From positions 1-25,311 of IMG/VR virus record IMGVR_UViG_3300006029_000081: a stretch of DNA of 25,311 nt; one strand, given 5' to 3'. Shown here piece by piece: positions 16,765 to 24,143 of the stretch; position 1 is the first letter of the stretch; each line of letters starts with the position of its first letter. This stretch comes from a virus. Lineage: Duplodnaviria > Caudoviricetes. The position numbers and the translations under genes are program-made. The notes below the pieces were generated by a model. It was not told where the DNA came from and searched no databases. It was given only the letters and a program-made list of their open reading frames with translations.

Positions 16765-17486
16765 TGCATAATTCAATAATATATCAAGGCCCCTCTTTAT
16801 TGGACGGCTCGCCCATTGTAGTCATTGCGCTTGCAAAATCTAGCAATAAAAAAACCGGTGATATGGTACAGACTTACATTATCCGGGCGGATATGGACCC
16901 GCTAACCGCTTCAAAGTATGGCCATGATTATGCTATATGCGGTGATTGCAAACACCGGGGCGAATCAGACCCGGACGGCCCCGGGAAGCAAGCTAAAAAA
17001 CGCTCATGTTATGTAACGTTATTTCATGGCCCATTGCAAGTATATAAAAGCTTTAAAAAAGGTAACTATAAACCCGCCGAGGATATAGCAAGCCTTGCAC
17101 GTGGCCGCATGGTTCGCCTAGGCACGTACGGTGATCCCGCAGCGGTTTCCTCGCATATATGGGACGCTTTGCTTAAAGATAGCGCGGGCCATACCGGCTA
17201 CACTCACCAAAATAATGCACCGGGCGCAGATGTTAGGCCCGACCTTACCATGATAAGCGCGGATAGTTTACAAGATGCGCGCATCGCATGGAAAAGCAAG
17301 CGCCGAACCTTTCGCATTATAACGGCGGTAAGTGATAAGCAATCGAATGAGATATTATGCCCCGCATCCGAGGAAGCCGGGCGCAAAGCTCAATGTAATA
17401 CTTGCAAACTTTGCATGGGATCGCATCAAACGGCCCCGAGCATTGCAATAGTGGCCCACGGAAACGGAGCCGCGTACATAAACTAA
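16764..17486 (+). CDS. Cys-rich putative Fe-S/radical-SAM-like enzyme
   Basis: CGDC...SCYV, VRLGTYGDP, GYTH, SADS, CPAS...CNTCKLC, IVAHG. Confidence 0.55.
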   Translation: MHNSIIYQGPSLLDGSPIVVIALAKSSNKKTGDMVQTYIIRADMDPLTASKYGHDYAICGDCKHRGESDPDGPGKQAKKRSCYVTLFHGPLQVYKSFKKGNYKPAEDIASLARGRMVRLGTYGDPAAVSSHIWDALLKDSAGHTGYTHQNNAPGADVRPDLTMISADSLQDARIAWKSKRRTFRIITAVSDKQSNEILCPASEEAGRKAQCNTCKLCMGSHQTAPSIAIVAHGNGAAYIN

Positions 17487-17497
17487 ATTAAGGGAGA

Positions 17498-17854
17498 ATG
17501 AAAATGAGTAAACAAGGCGATATAGAAATTAAAAACATGAAGAACGGGTGTAAAAGTAATTCAGTACCACTTACATCTGTTGGCGATTTAAAACGAGTGC
17601 TAAAACATTTTAGTGATAATACTCCAATTGAATTTTTTCTCGGCGATTGTGAGAGTTGGACTAATAAATATACACTCTCTATCGAAACTAATATGTATGA
17701 AGATATAGACGAGGGAAGATCAGTAAATGATAACCCTTTATATCTTGCATTAGCAGTAGGTAATTTGGCTTTGCTCGATTATATCAGGTCTGACAATCCT
17801 GAACTACCTTGTATTGAAGATGTTAAAGATTTTATAGCTAACAAAAAAGGATAA
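17498..17854 (+). CDS. Hypothetical protein
   Basis: 118 aa, SD AGGGAG; start may be 17504. Confidence 0.75.
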   Translation: MKMSKQGDIEIKNMKNGCKSNSVPLTSVGDLKRVLKHFSDNTPIEFFLGDCESWTNKYTLSIETNMYEDIDEGRSVNDNPLYLALAVGNLALLDYIRSDNPELPCIEDVKDFIANKKG

Positions 17855-17855
17855 T

Positions 17856-17904
17856 AAAGTGTTAACTCATAGCGCCTTGCGGGGTGCTATGGGATTATCA
17901 TTTT
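17856..17904 (+). promoter_or_regulatory. Long intergenic stem-loop, RNase III-site-like
   Basis: CTCATAGCGCCT-TGCG-GGGTGCTATGGG core extended by AAAGTG/CATTTT; no U-tract. Confidence 0.5.
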
Positions 17905-17940
17905 AGATAATCATATTTATAAACTATATAAGGAATTAAT

Positions 17941-18096
17941 ATGATAAAGATTATTATTGACCGCATGCAATATGCGGACCGCTACGACTGGGACAAGCTT
18001 TGCAAAGCTGCGAACGTCCCGATTGACTCAGAGACTATTATGATTGAATGCGAAGCGCATCACATAGGCGCGCGCAAGGGGGTGCATAATGAATAA
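17941..18096 (+). CDS. Hypothetical protein, 51 aa
   Basis: Not in ORF track. MIKIIIDRMQYADRYDWDKLCKAANVPIDSETIMIECEAHHIGARKGVHNE; SD TAAGGA; overlaps recombinase start. Confidence 0.75.
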   Translation: MIKIIIDRMQYADRYDWDKLCKAANVPIDSETIMIECEAHHIGARKGVHNE

Positions 18097-18796
18097 ATAT
18101 GTTACGTACTTACGGGTTTCGACTGATAAGCAAAAGCGCAGCGGCTTAGGTATAGAAGCGCAGCGCGCTATGGTTAACGAGCATATAAAGGCTAATTTTG
18201 GCCAGCTCATTACTGAAGTTATCGAATATGAAAGCGGGCGCAAAGTGGATGCTATAGCGCGCCCAATTTTACATAGAGCTTTGCGGCTTATAAAAGATAA
18301 CCCCGGTGCAAAATTATTGCTAGCGAAAACGGATAGAATTGCGCGGGATCTACACTTTATTAGTGGCCTTTTAAAAGATAATGTCCCCTTAATTGTGGCC
18401 GGCCATGAGCACATGACGAAATTGGAATGGCATATGCACGCGATGATCGCAGAACACGAAGCCGAACAAATAAGCCACCGAACCAAAGCTGCACTGGCAC
18501 AAGCCAAGAGCCGTGGCGTTATTTTGGGAGCGCCAAAAGCATTGCTTCCGCATATCCAGAAAAAAGGCGGTAAATCTACGAAGGCAAAAAGTAAAAGTCA
18601 TCGCGAAAAAATGAAGGATATTTTAATACCATTGATGAAGACCCATATGAAAAAAAATAAGGTTCCTGATTATGAAGCAATAGCGAACCATTTAAATCAT
18701 TTAGGTATTAAAACTTTTAGAGGCATTCCATTTAATAAGGGTGCAGTTTACTATTTAATTAACAGGGAAAATTTAAACAATGAAAAAAAATATTAA
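18089..18796 (+). CDS. Serine recombinase (resolvase/invertase family)
   Basis: YLRVST..Q catalytic Ser motif, ESG, RP.L, AKTDRIAR, IAEHE...IS.RTKAAL; short C-terminal DNA-binding domain. Confidence 0.92.
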   Translation: MNKYVTYLRVSTDKQKRSGLGIEAQRAMVNEHIKANFGQLITEVIEYESGRKVDAIARPILHRALRLIKDNPGAKLLLAKTDRIARDLHFISGLLKDNVPLIVAGHEHMTKLEWHMHAMIAEHEAEQISHRTKAALAQAKSRGVILGAPKALLPHIQKKGGKSTKAKSKSHREKMKDILIPLMKTHMKKNKVPDYEAIANHLNHLGIKTFRGIPFNKGAVYYLINRENLNNEKKY

Positions 18797-19748
18797 AACC
18801 GCAGAAGGCAAACTTACTCCGGATGATATTGCAACCGGAAGTACTATAGCTGCAATCATGAACATGAACCCGTATCAAGATGCCGTGGATATACTTAAAC
18901 GCGCATTTGATGCAACCGAAGGGATACCTAGGCCTGAATTAGATTTTGAAGCCTTGCATTGGGGGACCGCTTTTGAGGTCCCTATATTGCATGAAGCATG
19001 TAATCGTTTAGGTTTAGGTGATCCGAAAACTACATTTAAAAAAGCTTTTTTTTCTGAGCATTATCCTATGGCTGTATCGCTAGATGGTATGGTAGCCGGG
19101 CGGGGTAAAACCTTACAGACTGATTATGAAAAAGGCATTATTGTATACGGTCATGAAGGGATTAAGCTTACAGGCCAAGGTGTCATCGAAGCAAAGCTCA
19201 CAAGCCAAGAGCTTGAGCAAGATTTACCATACTACCGAGGGAGACTGCAGCTACAGATGGCAATGGATATAGTAGATGCTCAATGGGGTGCAGTTGCAGT
19301 ACTACATAAGGGTATCAAGCTTATGATACATGTGTTCCCAAGGGATGTTGATACTATGGCTATGATTAGAGATGCAGCTGTAGACTTTGATAGGCGCGTG
19401 CAAAAATACGTAACCAATCAAGAGACAGAATGGTATGAGTTTAAATCGCCAAAATCTGCAGCAAAAATATATGACAGAGCAACGGATGATGAGATAGATT
19501 TATCTGACATTACTCAGGACATTCAATATATTGTAGAAAATCAAGATCAAATTCATGCATTACAAGAAGAGACTGATCACTTACAAGCTAGAGTTATGGC
19601 TCGCATGGGAGATTATAAACATGCCCGTGCTGGACATTACAAAATTGTTTGGGGTGAAAGGACTTATAAACCAACACCTGAGAAAGTTATTCCAGCAAAG
19701 CCGGGTAACACAATCAGACTATCTAAAATAAAAATCAAGGAGATTTAA
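18780..19748 (+). CDS. YqaJ/lambda-exonuclease family recombination nuclease
   Basis: GS.IAAIM.MNPY, WG..FE, SLDG, IEAK, QLQ..M motifs. Confidence 0.85.
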   Translation: MKKNIKTAEGKLTPDDIATGSTIAAIMNMNPYQDAVDILKRAFDATEGIPRPELDFEALHWGTAFEVPILHEACNRLGLGDPKTTFKKAFFSEHYPMAVSLDGMVAGRGKTLQTDYEKGIIVYGHEGIKLTGQGVIEAKLTSQELEQDLPYYRGRLQLQMAMDIVDAQWGAVAVLHKGIKLMIHVFPRDVDTMAMIRDAAVDFDRRVQKYVTNQETEWYEFKSPKSAAKIYDRATDDEIDLSDITQDIQYIVENQDQIHALQEETDHLQARVMARMGDYKHARAGHYKIVWGERTYKPTPEKVIPAKPGNTIRLSKIKIKEI

Positions 19749-19749
19749 T

Positions 19750-20211
19750 ATGGAAAACGAAACAATGACTAAGACAATAGCCGAGGCATTTGTAAAGGCT
19801 CAAATGGATTTTGAAAAGACTGGATTGGATAGTACCAACCCACATTTTAGAAATGACTATGCAAGCCTTGCTGCATGTATTGGTGCAGTAAAAGATGCGC
19901 TCAATGAAAATGGCATATCATTAATACAAAAGACGCATGAGTGCGACACTGGCGTAAAAGTAGAGACTATATTTTTGCATGAGTCTGGGCAGACTATGTC
20001 CGGAGGTATATTAAAATTACCTGCTGAAGCAGAAACTCCACAAAAGTATGGGTCAGCTCTTACGTACGCCCGTAGATACTCATTGCTAGCTGCTTGTGGT
20101 ATACCGCCAGAAAGTGAACTAGATGATGATGCTGAAATTATAAGAAAAAAAGAAGAGAAACCTCAACAAAAAAAAGTAACGAGGACTCCTCCACCAGCAA
20201 AAAAGCTATAA
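19750..20211 (+). CDS. erf: ERF-family ssDNA annealing protein
   Basis: NPHFRNDYASL, GSALTYARRYSL...GI...DDD signature. Confidence 0.92.
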   Translation: MENETMTKTIAEAFVKAQMDFEKTGLDSTNPHFRNDYASLAACIGAVKDALNENGISLIQKTHECDTGVKVETIFLHESGQTMSGGILKLPAEAETPQKYGSALTYARRYSLLAACGIPPESELDDDAEIIRKKEEKPQQKKVTRTPPPAKKL

Positions 20212-20468
20212 GCCTTAGTATCCCCAACAAGGATTCTAAGGCATGCAAAGATGAGGCTGATTTCTTTAAATCTTTCAAAGAGCTAGTAGAAAAAGTTAAA
20301 GCTACTGATCTTAGTTCTTTGGAAAAGGCAAAAAAAATACAGTCTTTATATAAAGTCAATAAGGATACCATTGATAAGACACAACAACCCATGCAACTGG
20401 ACTTTAAATATTTGTGGGATTCATTTTTAAAAGAACAACCAATGGAGGTAACTACTAATGTTAAATGA
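20199..20468 (+). CDS. -1 frameshift extension of ERF (87 aa)
   Basis: A_AAA_AAG at 20199-20205, hairpin 20212-20242, -1 frame open to TGA at 20466-20468 with no usable own start. Confidence 0.75.
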   Translation, partial: KKAISLSIPNKDSKACKDEADFFKSFKELVEKVKATDLSSLEKAKKIQSLYKVNKDTIDKTQQPMQLDFKYLWDSFLKEQPMEVTTNVK

Positions 20469-20748
20469 TTCGAATCATATATACGACCGTTCATCTGACC
20501 TTGAGTTACATAATGAAAGAAACCTAGGTCTTGACATGAGCGTAGTATCTTTATTGCAGTCAGTACTTTATCAGGCAATGCATGATGCTATTAAATTAAA
20601 AAAATCTAATCCATACAAGATCGAAGCTACTCAATGGTTATGTGATGAAGATGACAGAATGTTACAACTCTGTCTTCAGTGTGTTAATATAGATTATTAC
20701 AAAATCATTAGGAAAGTAGCAAAGGACGGATGGAACCTCAGTTTGTAG
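20458..20748 (+). CDS. Hypothetical protein
   Basis: 96 aa, SD GGAGG; L..VL.QA..DA...EA.QWL pattern. Confidence 0.8.
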   Translation: MLNDSNHIYDRSSDLELHNERNLGLDMSVVSLLQSVLYQAMHDAIKLKKSNPYKIEATQWLCDEDDRMLQLCLQCVNIDYYKIIRKVAKDGWNLSL

Positions 20749-20900
20749 TAGTTGATGAGTACGGTGAAAGCCTTCGTGCATTTTATACACGAGAATCTGC
20801 GGAGGCTTTTGTCAAATTAAGGCCAGAATGTAAAATAAATGAACCACATGTTATGTCGCCAGAAGAATTTGATGAGTTATTTGGAGACCCACCGTTCTGA
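20730..20900 (+). CDS. Hypothetical protein, 56 aa
   Basis: Not in ORF track. MEPQFVVVDEYGESLRAFYTRESAEAFV...FGDPPF; SD AAGGA. Confidence 0.7.
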   Translation: MEPQFVVVDEYGESLRAFYTRESAEAFVKLRPECKINEPHVMSPEEFDELFGDPPF

Positions 20901-20999
20901 GCTGTCACAAAGCTCACCATGCAACTTTAATTATAATCTGATAGTAACCCCTCAACTAGATAAAGAACGTGCGACAGAGGCTTCTGTGTGAGGTCGTTT

Positions 21000-21233
21000 T
21001 TAGTGTACTGACTTAGGTTTTGGTTCAACGAGATATAAATCTGCACCTTCGCAGTGAATGAGTAAATAATCATCTTCTTTTTCAGAAAATAATATTTTAA
21101 TCATAGATTGTGTATTATCTTCTAGTAATTCTATATTCCAAATATTCTTACCCACGACTTTATCTAAAGCTTCTGCTTGTTTTTCATCAGCTTCAGAAAT
21201 AAAATCTACATTTATACTATCTTCTTTATCCAT
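21000..21233 (-). CDS. Hypothetical acidic protein
   Basis: 77 aa, overlaps the phosphoesterase end. Confidence 0.75.
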   Translation of the reverse strand: MDKEDSINVDFISEADEKQAEALDKVVGKNIWNIELLEDNTQSMIKILFSEKEDDYLLIHCEGADLYLVEPKPKSVH

Positions 21234-21919
21234 CTTCCACCATCTTTTAAAACCATCGGCATCAGTTTGGGTTGACCATCAAGTATCATTCCACACCCAA
21301 TAATAAATCGTGACTTAAAGTTTTTAGCATATTCAAAGGCAAGCTCTTTTTGATTAATAAGACATCCTGTTTGCATACCCCATACTAATTTATCGGGGTT
21401 AGAATAATAACCAATACTAAACTTAGAATGATAGTGGCCCTGAGAGGTTGACATTCCGTATTGTTGCGCCACCTTCATGACATCAGCTGCCATGCCATGA
21501 GTAAAAAAACATTTTTGTCCGTCAGATAAAGTAACTGTTAAATCATCTACCCATTGCCAGCCTTCACCAACTTGTAAAAATTCATTGTATGATTTTAAAT
21601 ACTCTAAACTTAAACCATGAGAAACTGCTTTACGATACACCAGTGATGAATGGTTAGAATGTACAAGAGTCATCTTTGGAAAAATTTTTTCTAACTCTTT
21701 GATATACTTTCTAGCTGCACGCAACTCATCGCCCGATGATTTTAAATCTGGATGATGATCGTGATATGATAAGGCGTGGCAGTCAATTTCATCACCTTGA
21801 TTTACAACGAGGTCTGGCTTGTATTTCTTTTTGAGTGCAGTCAAAAACGCAAACGCATCAGGATGATGGTAAGGAATATGTAGATCTGATATAACTAATA
21901 CAGATTTATAGTTACTCAT
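21212..21919 (-). CDS. Calcineurin-like metallophosphoesterase
   Basis: SDLH, GDEID, SNH, THG, GHYH motifs. Confidence 0.9.
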   Translation of the reverse strand: MSNYKSVLVISDLHIPYHHPDAFAFLTALKKKYKPDLVVNQGDEIDCHALSYHDHHPDLKSSGDELRAARKYIKELEKIFPKMTLVHSNHSSLVYRKAVSHGLSLEYLKSYNEFLQVGEGWQWVDDLTVTLSDGQKCFFTHGMAADVMKVAQQYGMSTSQGHYHSKFSIGYYSNPDKLVWGMQTGCLINQKELAFEYAKNFKSRFIIGCGMILDGQPKLMPMVLKDGGRWIKKIV

Positions 21920-21931
21920 ACTATAAGAATA

Positions 21932-22114
21932 TCATATATGTTCATCATTTTTAAGGTTTTCTAGTAATAATTCTGTACTAGATTTGTTATCAGTAACATA
22001 CGCACCTGCATCATATATAGTTTTACTTCGATCTATAAACTGATAATACTCATTGTGTATAAAATAAGTACACCCTTGCAATAACAAGATTGTTAGCAAA
22101 AAAATTCTACTCAT
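21932..22114 (-). CDS. Small lipoprotein (possible spanin component)
   Basis: MSRIFLLTILLLQGC lipobox directly after endolysin; start reassigned to 22114. Confidence 0.6.
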   Translation of the reverse strand: MSRIFLLTILLLQGCTYFIHNEYYQFIDRSKTIYDAGAYVTDNKSSTELLLENLKNDEHI

Positions 22115-22544
22115 AAATAAGCACACCGCTACTACTAATACTTAGCATTTGCCTTCTTGGTTTTTCTGTTCCTTTTGGAAAAGCAACATGTATCCAAGAT
22201 CCATGTTCAAGGATTAATTGATCGAACTCTATAGAACTGTTAGCTAGTGTACGCATAACTTGAGGGACATCACCATAGCCCGGACAAGTAAAGTCTGCTG
22301 CAAGACCATAGGTATGGTATGAAGTATCTTTAGATTTTATTACCCGGTTCAAATCCATTGAACGAAAACCAGATGTTACCCATATGGGATTACTATTTAG
22401 TTTAGTTCTTACTTGTTCAAGACCTTCAGCTAAAGTATGTAAGTTAGCAATTTGCACATCGTTAGGTTCGTTGCGTATGTCTAATCGTTTGGCGGTATCA
22501 GATCGAGTTAGCTCATTTAAGCTAAAGTGGGGAGTCAATTGCAT
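22107..22544 (-). CDS. Endolysin, peptidase M15A family
   Basis: LTPHFSLNELT, SGFR, S.H..G.AAD, DQLI.E...WIHV zinc-peptidase motifs. Confidence 0.9.
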   Translation of the reverse strand: MQLTPHFSLNELTRSDTAKRLDIRNEPNDVQIANLHTLAEGLEQVRTKLNSNPIWVTSGFRSMDLNRVIKSKDTSYHTYGLAADFTCPGYGDVPQVMRTLANSSIEFDQLILEHGSWIHVAFPKGTEKPRRQMLSISSSGVLIYE

Positions 22545-22937
22545 TTACTTCGTAAGACCTTTTAACTTTTCAAAAGTTCTAAGACCAGATAAACCAAGCA
22601 TAGCAAGTGTTAGTTCAAGCAACACATCGGTTTGAAACTGAGGCATAGGTATGTCTGTTCCTGTTATTGCCAGTATCCATTGCAGTAATGGTGATAACAC
22701 AAAGAGCCAAGCAAAACCAAAAGCAGCTACCCATCCTAAACATGGTCGCCATCCAGCTACCCATACTGATCGATGGGATGCTTCAATCTTATTCGTTTCA
22801 GCTTGCGCAAGGTTAAGTTGAGCAGCATTATTAATAAGAGTTTTTTCAATTTCCTGTTTTGCTTTTGTTGCGCCATTCTTGTCCGGGATAATTCTATCAA
22901 TTACAGTACCAATTAAAGGTAATATTGTTTGTATCAT
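22545..22937 (-). CDS. Holin (3TM, GTA-holin-like)
   Basis: WVAGWRP..GW, MLGLSGLRTFEK.KG. Confidence 0.85.
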   Translation of the reverse strand: MIQTILPLIGTVIDRIIPDKNGATKAKQEIEKTLINNAAQLNLAQAETNKIEASHRSVWVAGWRPCLGWVAAFGFAWLFVLSPLLQWILAITGTDIPMPQFQTDVLLELTLAMLGLSGLRTFEKLKGLTK

Positions 22938-23032
22938 CTTGTAAAATATACTCCAAATAAAACTACTATAGGTGATATAGGTAAGACTAATAGTAGAGCC
23001 ATTAGTTTTATAAGTAACTTAAATAATAACAT
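22934..23032 (-). CDS. Small membrane peptide, 32 aa
   Basis: Not in ORF track. MLLFKLLIKLMALLLVLPISPIVVLFGVYFTR; ATGA overlap with holin. Confidence 0.5.
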   Translation of the reverse strand: MLLFKLLIKLMALLLVLPISPIVVLFGVYFTR

Positions 23033-23090
23033 AGCAATAAGTAAGCAATAACACTAATGCAAATAAAAGAATAAGCTCTTGCTCGTTCAT
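23019..23090 (-). CDS. Small membrane peptide, 23 aa
   Basis: Not in ORF track. MNEQELILLFALVLLLTYCYVII; ATGA overlap with upstream gene. Confidence 0.45.
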   Translation of the reverse strand: MNEQELILLFALVLLLTYCYVII

Positions 23091-23266
23091 ATTGACATAG
23101 TAACTGTATGTATTAGAACAGCAATAACTATTGCTCCAAATCCTGCTAACGCTCCCCATATAAGTTTGTTTAACATTGTTTCTATGCGATCAAGTCTTTT
23201 ATGTATAGTTGAATACCTTTCTGCACATAGTTTTTCATGTGCGACTAATTCTTCATGAGGACTCAT
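23087..23266 (-). CDS. XhlA-like coiled-coil plus C-terminal TM protein, 59 aa
   Basis: Not in ORF track. HEKLCAERY..I..RLDRIE...IWG then hydrophobic helix. Confidence 0.75.
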   Translation of the reverse strand: MSPHEELVAHEKLCAERYSTIHKRLDRIETMLNKLIWGALAGFGAIVIAVLIHTVTMSI

Positions 23267-23610
23267 ATCTTCATTACCTTATCTAAAGCGTTGTTCAATT
23301 TTTTTTCTATAGCAGGCAATAAACGTAAACCACTATATCCAATAAAGAATGCAATAGCTGGGCCTGCCAACATACTTAACCCAAATATTTCTAGCAGTGG
23401 TGGGATAAAAAATTCTGCACTAATAACTGCAATGATGATTGATAAGCCAAGCTCTTGTCTTGCACGTTGACGATCTACTAACCAAGAAATATGTCCACCT
23501 TTTGGAGTCTTAGACTTTAGTTTCTTAGTGTTGTAATTGAACAGTCCCCCTAGAACAGAAGCGACTATGCAACATAACTTACCACCATATTGTGCTATAA
23601 AGTATTCCAC
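23263..23610 (-). CDS. Holin-like membrane protein
   Basis: Three hydrophobic segments, IAFFIGYSG; start reassigned to GTG 23610 behind AAGGGG. Confidence 0.6.
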   Translation of the reverse strand: MEYFIAQYGGKLCCIVASVLGGLFNYNTKKLKSKTPKGGHISWLVDRQRARQELGLSIIIAVISAEFFIPPLLEIFGLSMLAGPAIAFFIGYSGLRLLPAIEKKLNNALDKVMKI

Positions 23611-24134
23611 GATGCCCCTTGCATAACATCTATTAAACCCTCCACATCTGTACACGCTGCAATAGCTTCTTCTAATCTATTACATTCTGCTTTTATTTCT
23701 GCTCTGTAATCTACTACGTTGCTAGGCATAACTACATCATGTTCATACTTTCTAATTACATACCAATCAGTTGGGGCAAGTAATGTGTTTGTTGTGTGTT
23801 TTACTTCTGCAATCTTTGTAGTTTTTAATCCTTTAGTTACTAGCTTTTCTTCAGTATCTTCCATTGCTTCAGTTTCTGGATTATATGTTTGTACATATAG
23901 TTGATTGCCATCTTGATCTTTTGCATCTACATCTTCCATGGCTTTAGGATTATCTATCTCACCATTCCAGTAGTATCGATCATCAGCTCGTACAGGATCG
24001 GCTTCCCATGTTATACCAATAGCAGTACGTTCCTCTTCTGAGGATAACTGTAACCAGTTTCTAGGATATAGTATTTCGTTATGTGAAAACCCCCTATCCA
24101 TAATAAGAGTTTTCCCGTTTAATTTATATGCCAT
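23595..24134 (-). CDS. Tail fibre-associated/assembly chaperone-like protein
   Basis: YPRNWL, D.RYYW, LLAPTDWYVIRK, YRAEI motifs; follows fibre gene. Confidence 0.65.
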   Translation of the reverse strand: MAYKLNGKTLIMDRGFSHNEILYPRNWLQLSSEEERTAIGITWEADPVRADDRYYWNGEIDNPKAMEDVDAKDQDGNQLYVQTYNPETEAMEDTEEKLVTKGLKTTKIAEVKHTTNTLLAPTDWYVIRKYEHDVVMPSNVVDYRAEIKAECNRLEEAIAACTDVEGLIDVMQGASWNTL

Positions 24135-24143
24135 AATATTCTC

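Noticed and set aside
10883-17386. Nested or antisense ORFs (10883, 13517, 14221, 15507, 15626, 16130, 17204)
   Set aside because: Overlap better-supported genes in another frame or strand
18028-18601. Minus-strand ORFs 18028-18507 and 18389-18601
   Set aside because: Antisense to the serine recombinase
20138-20578. 146-aa minus-strand ORF
   Set aside because: Antisense shadow of ERF and its -1 extension, opposite to operon direction
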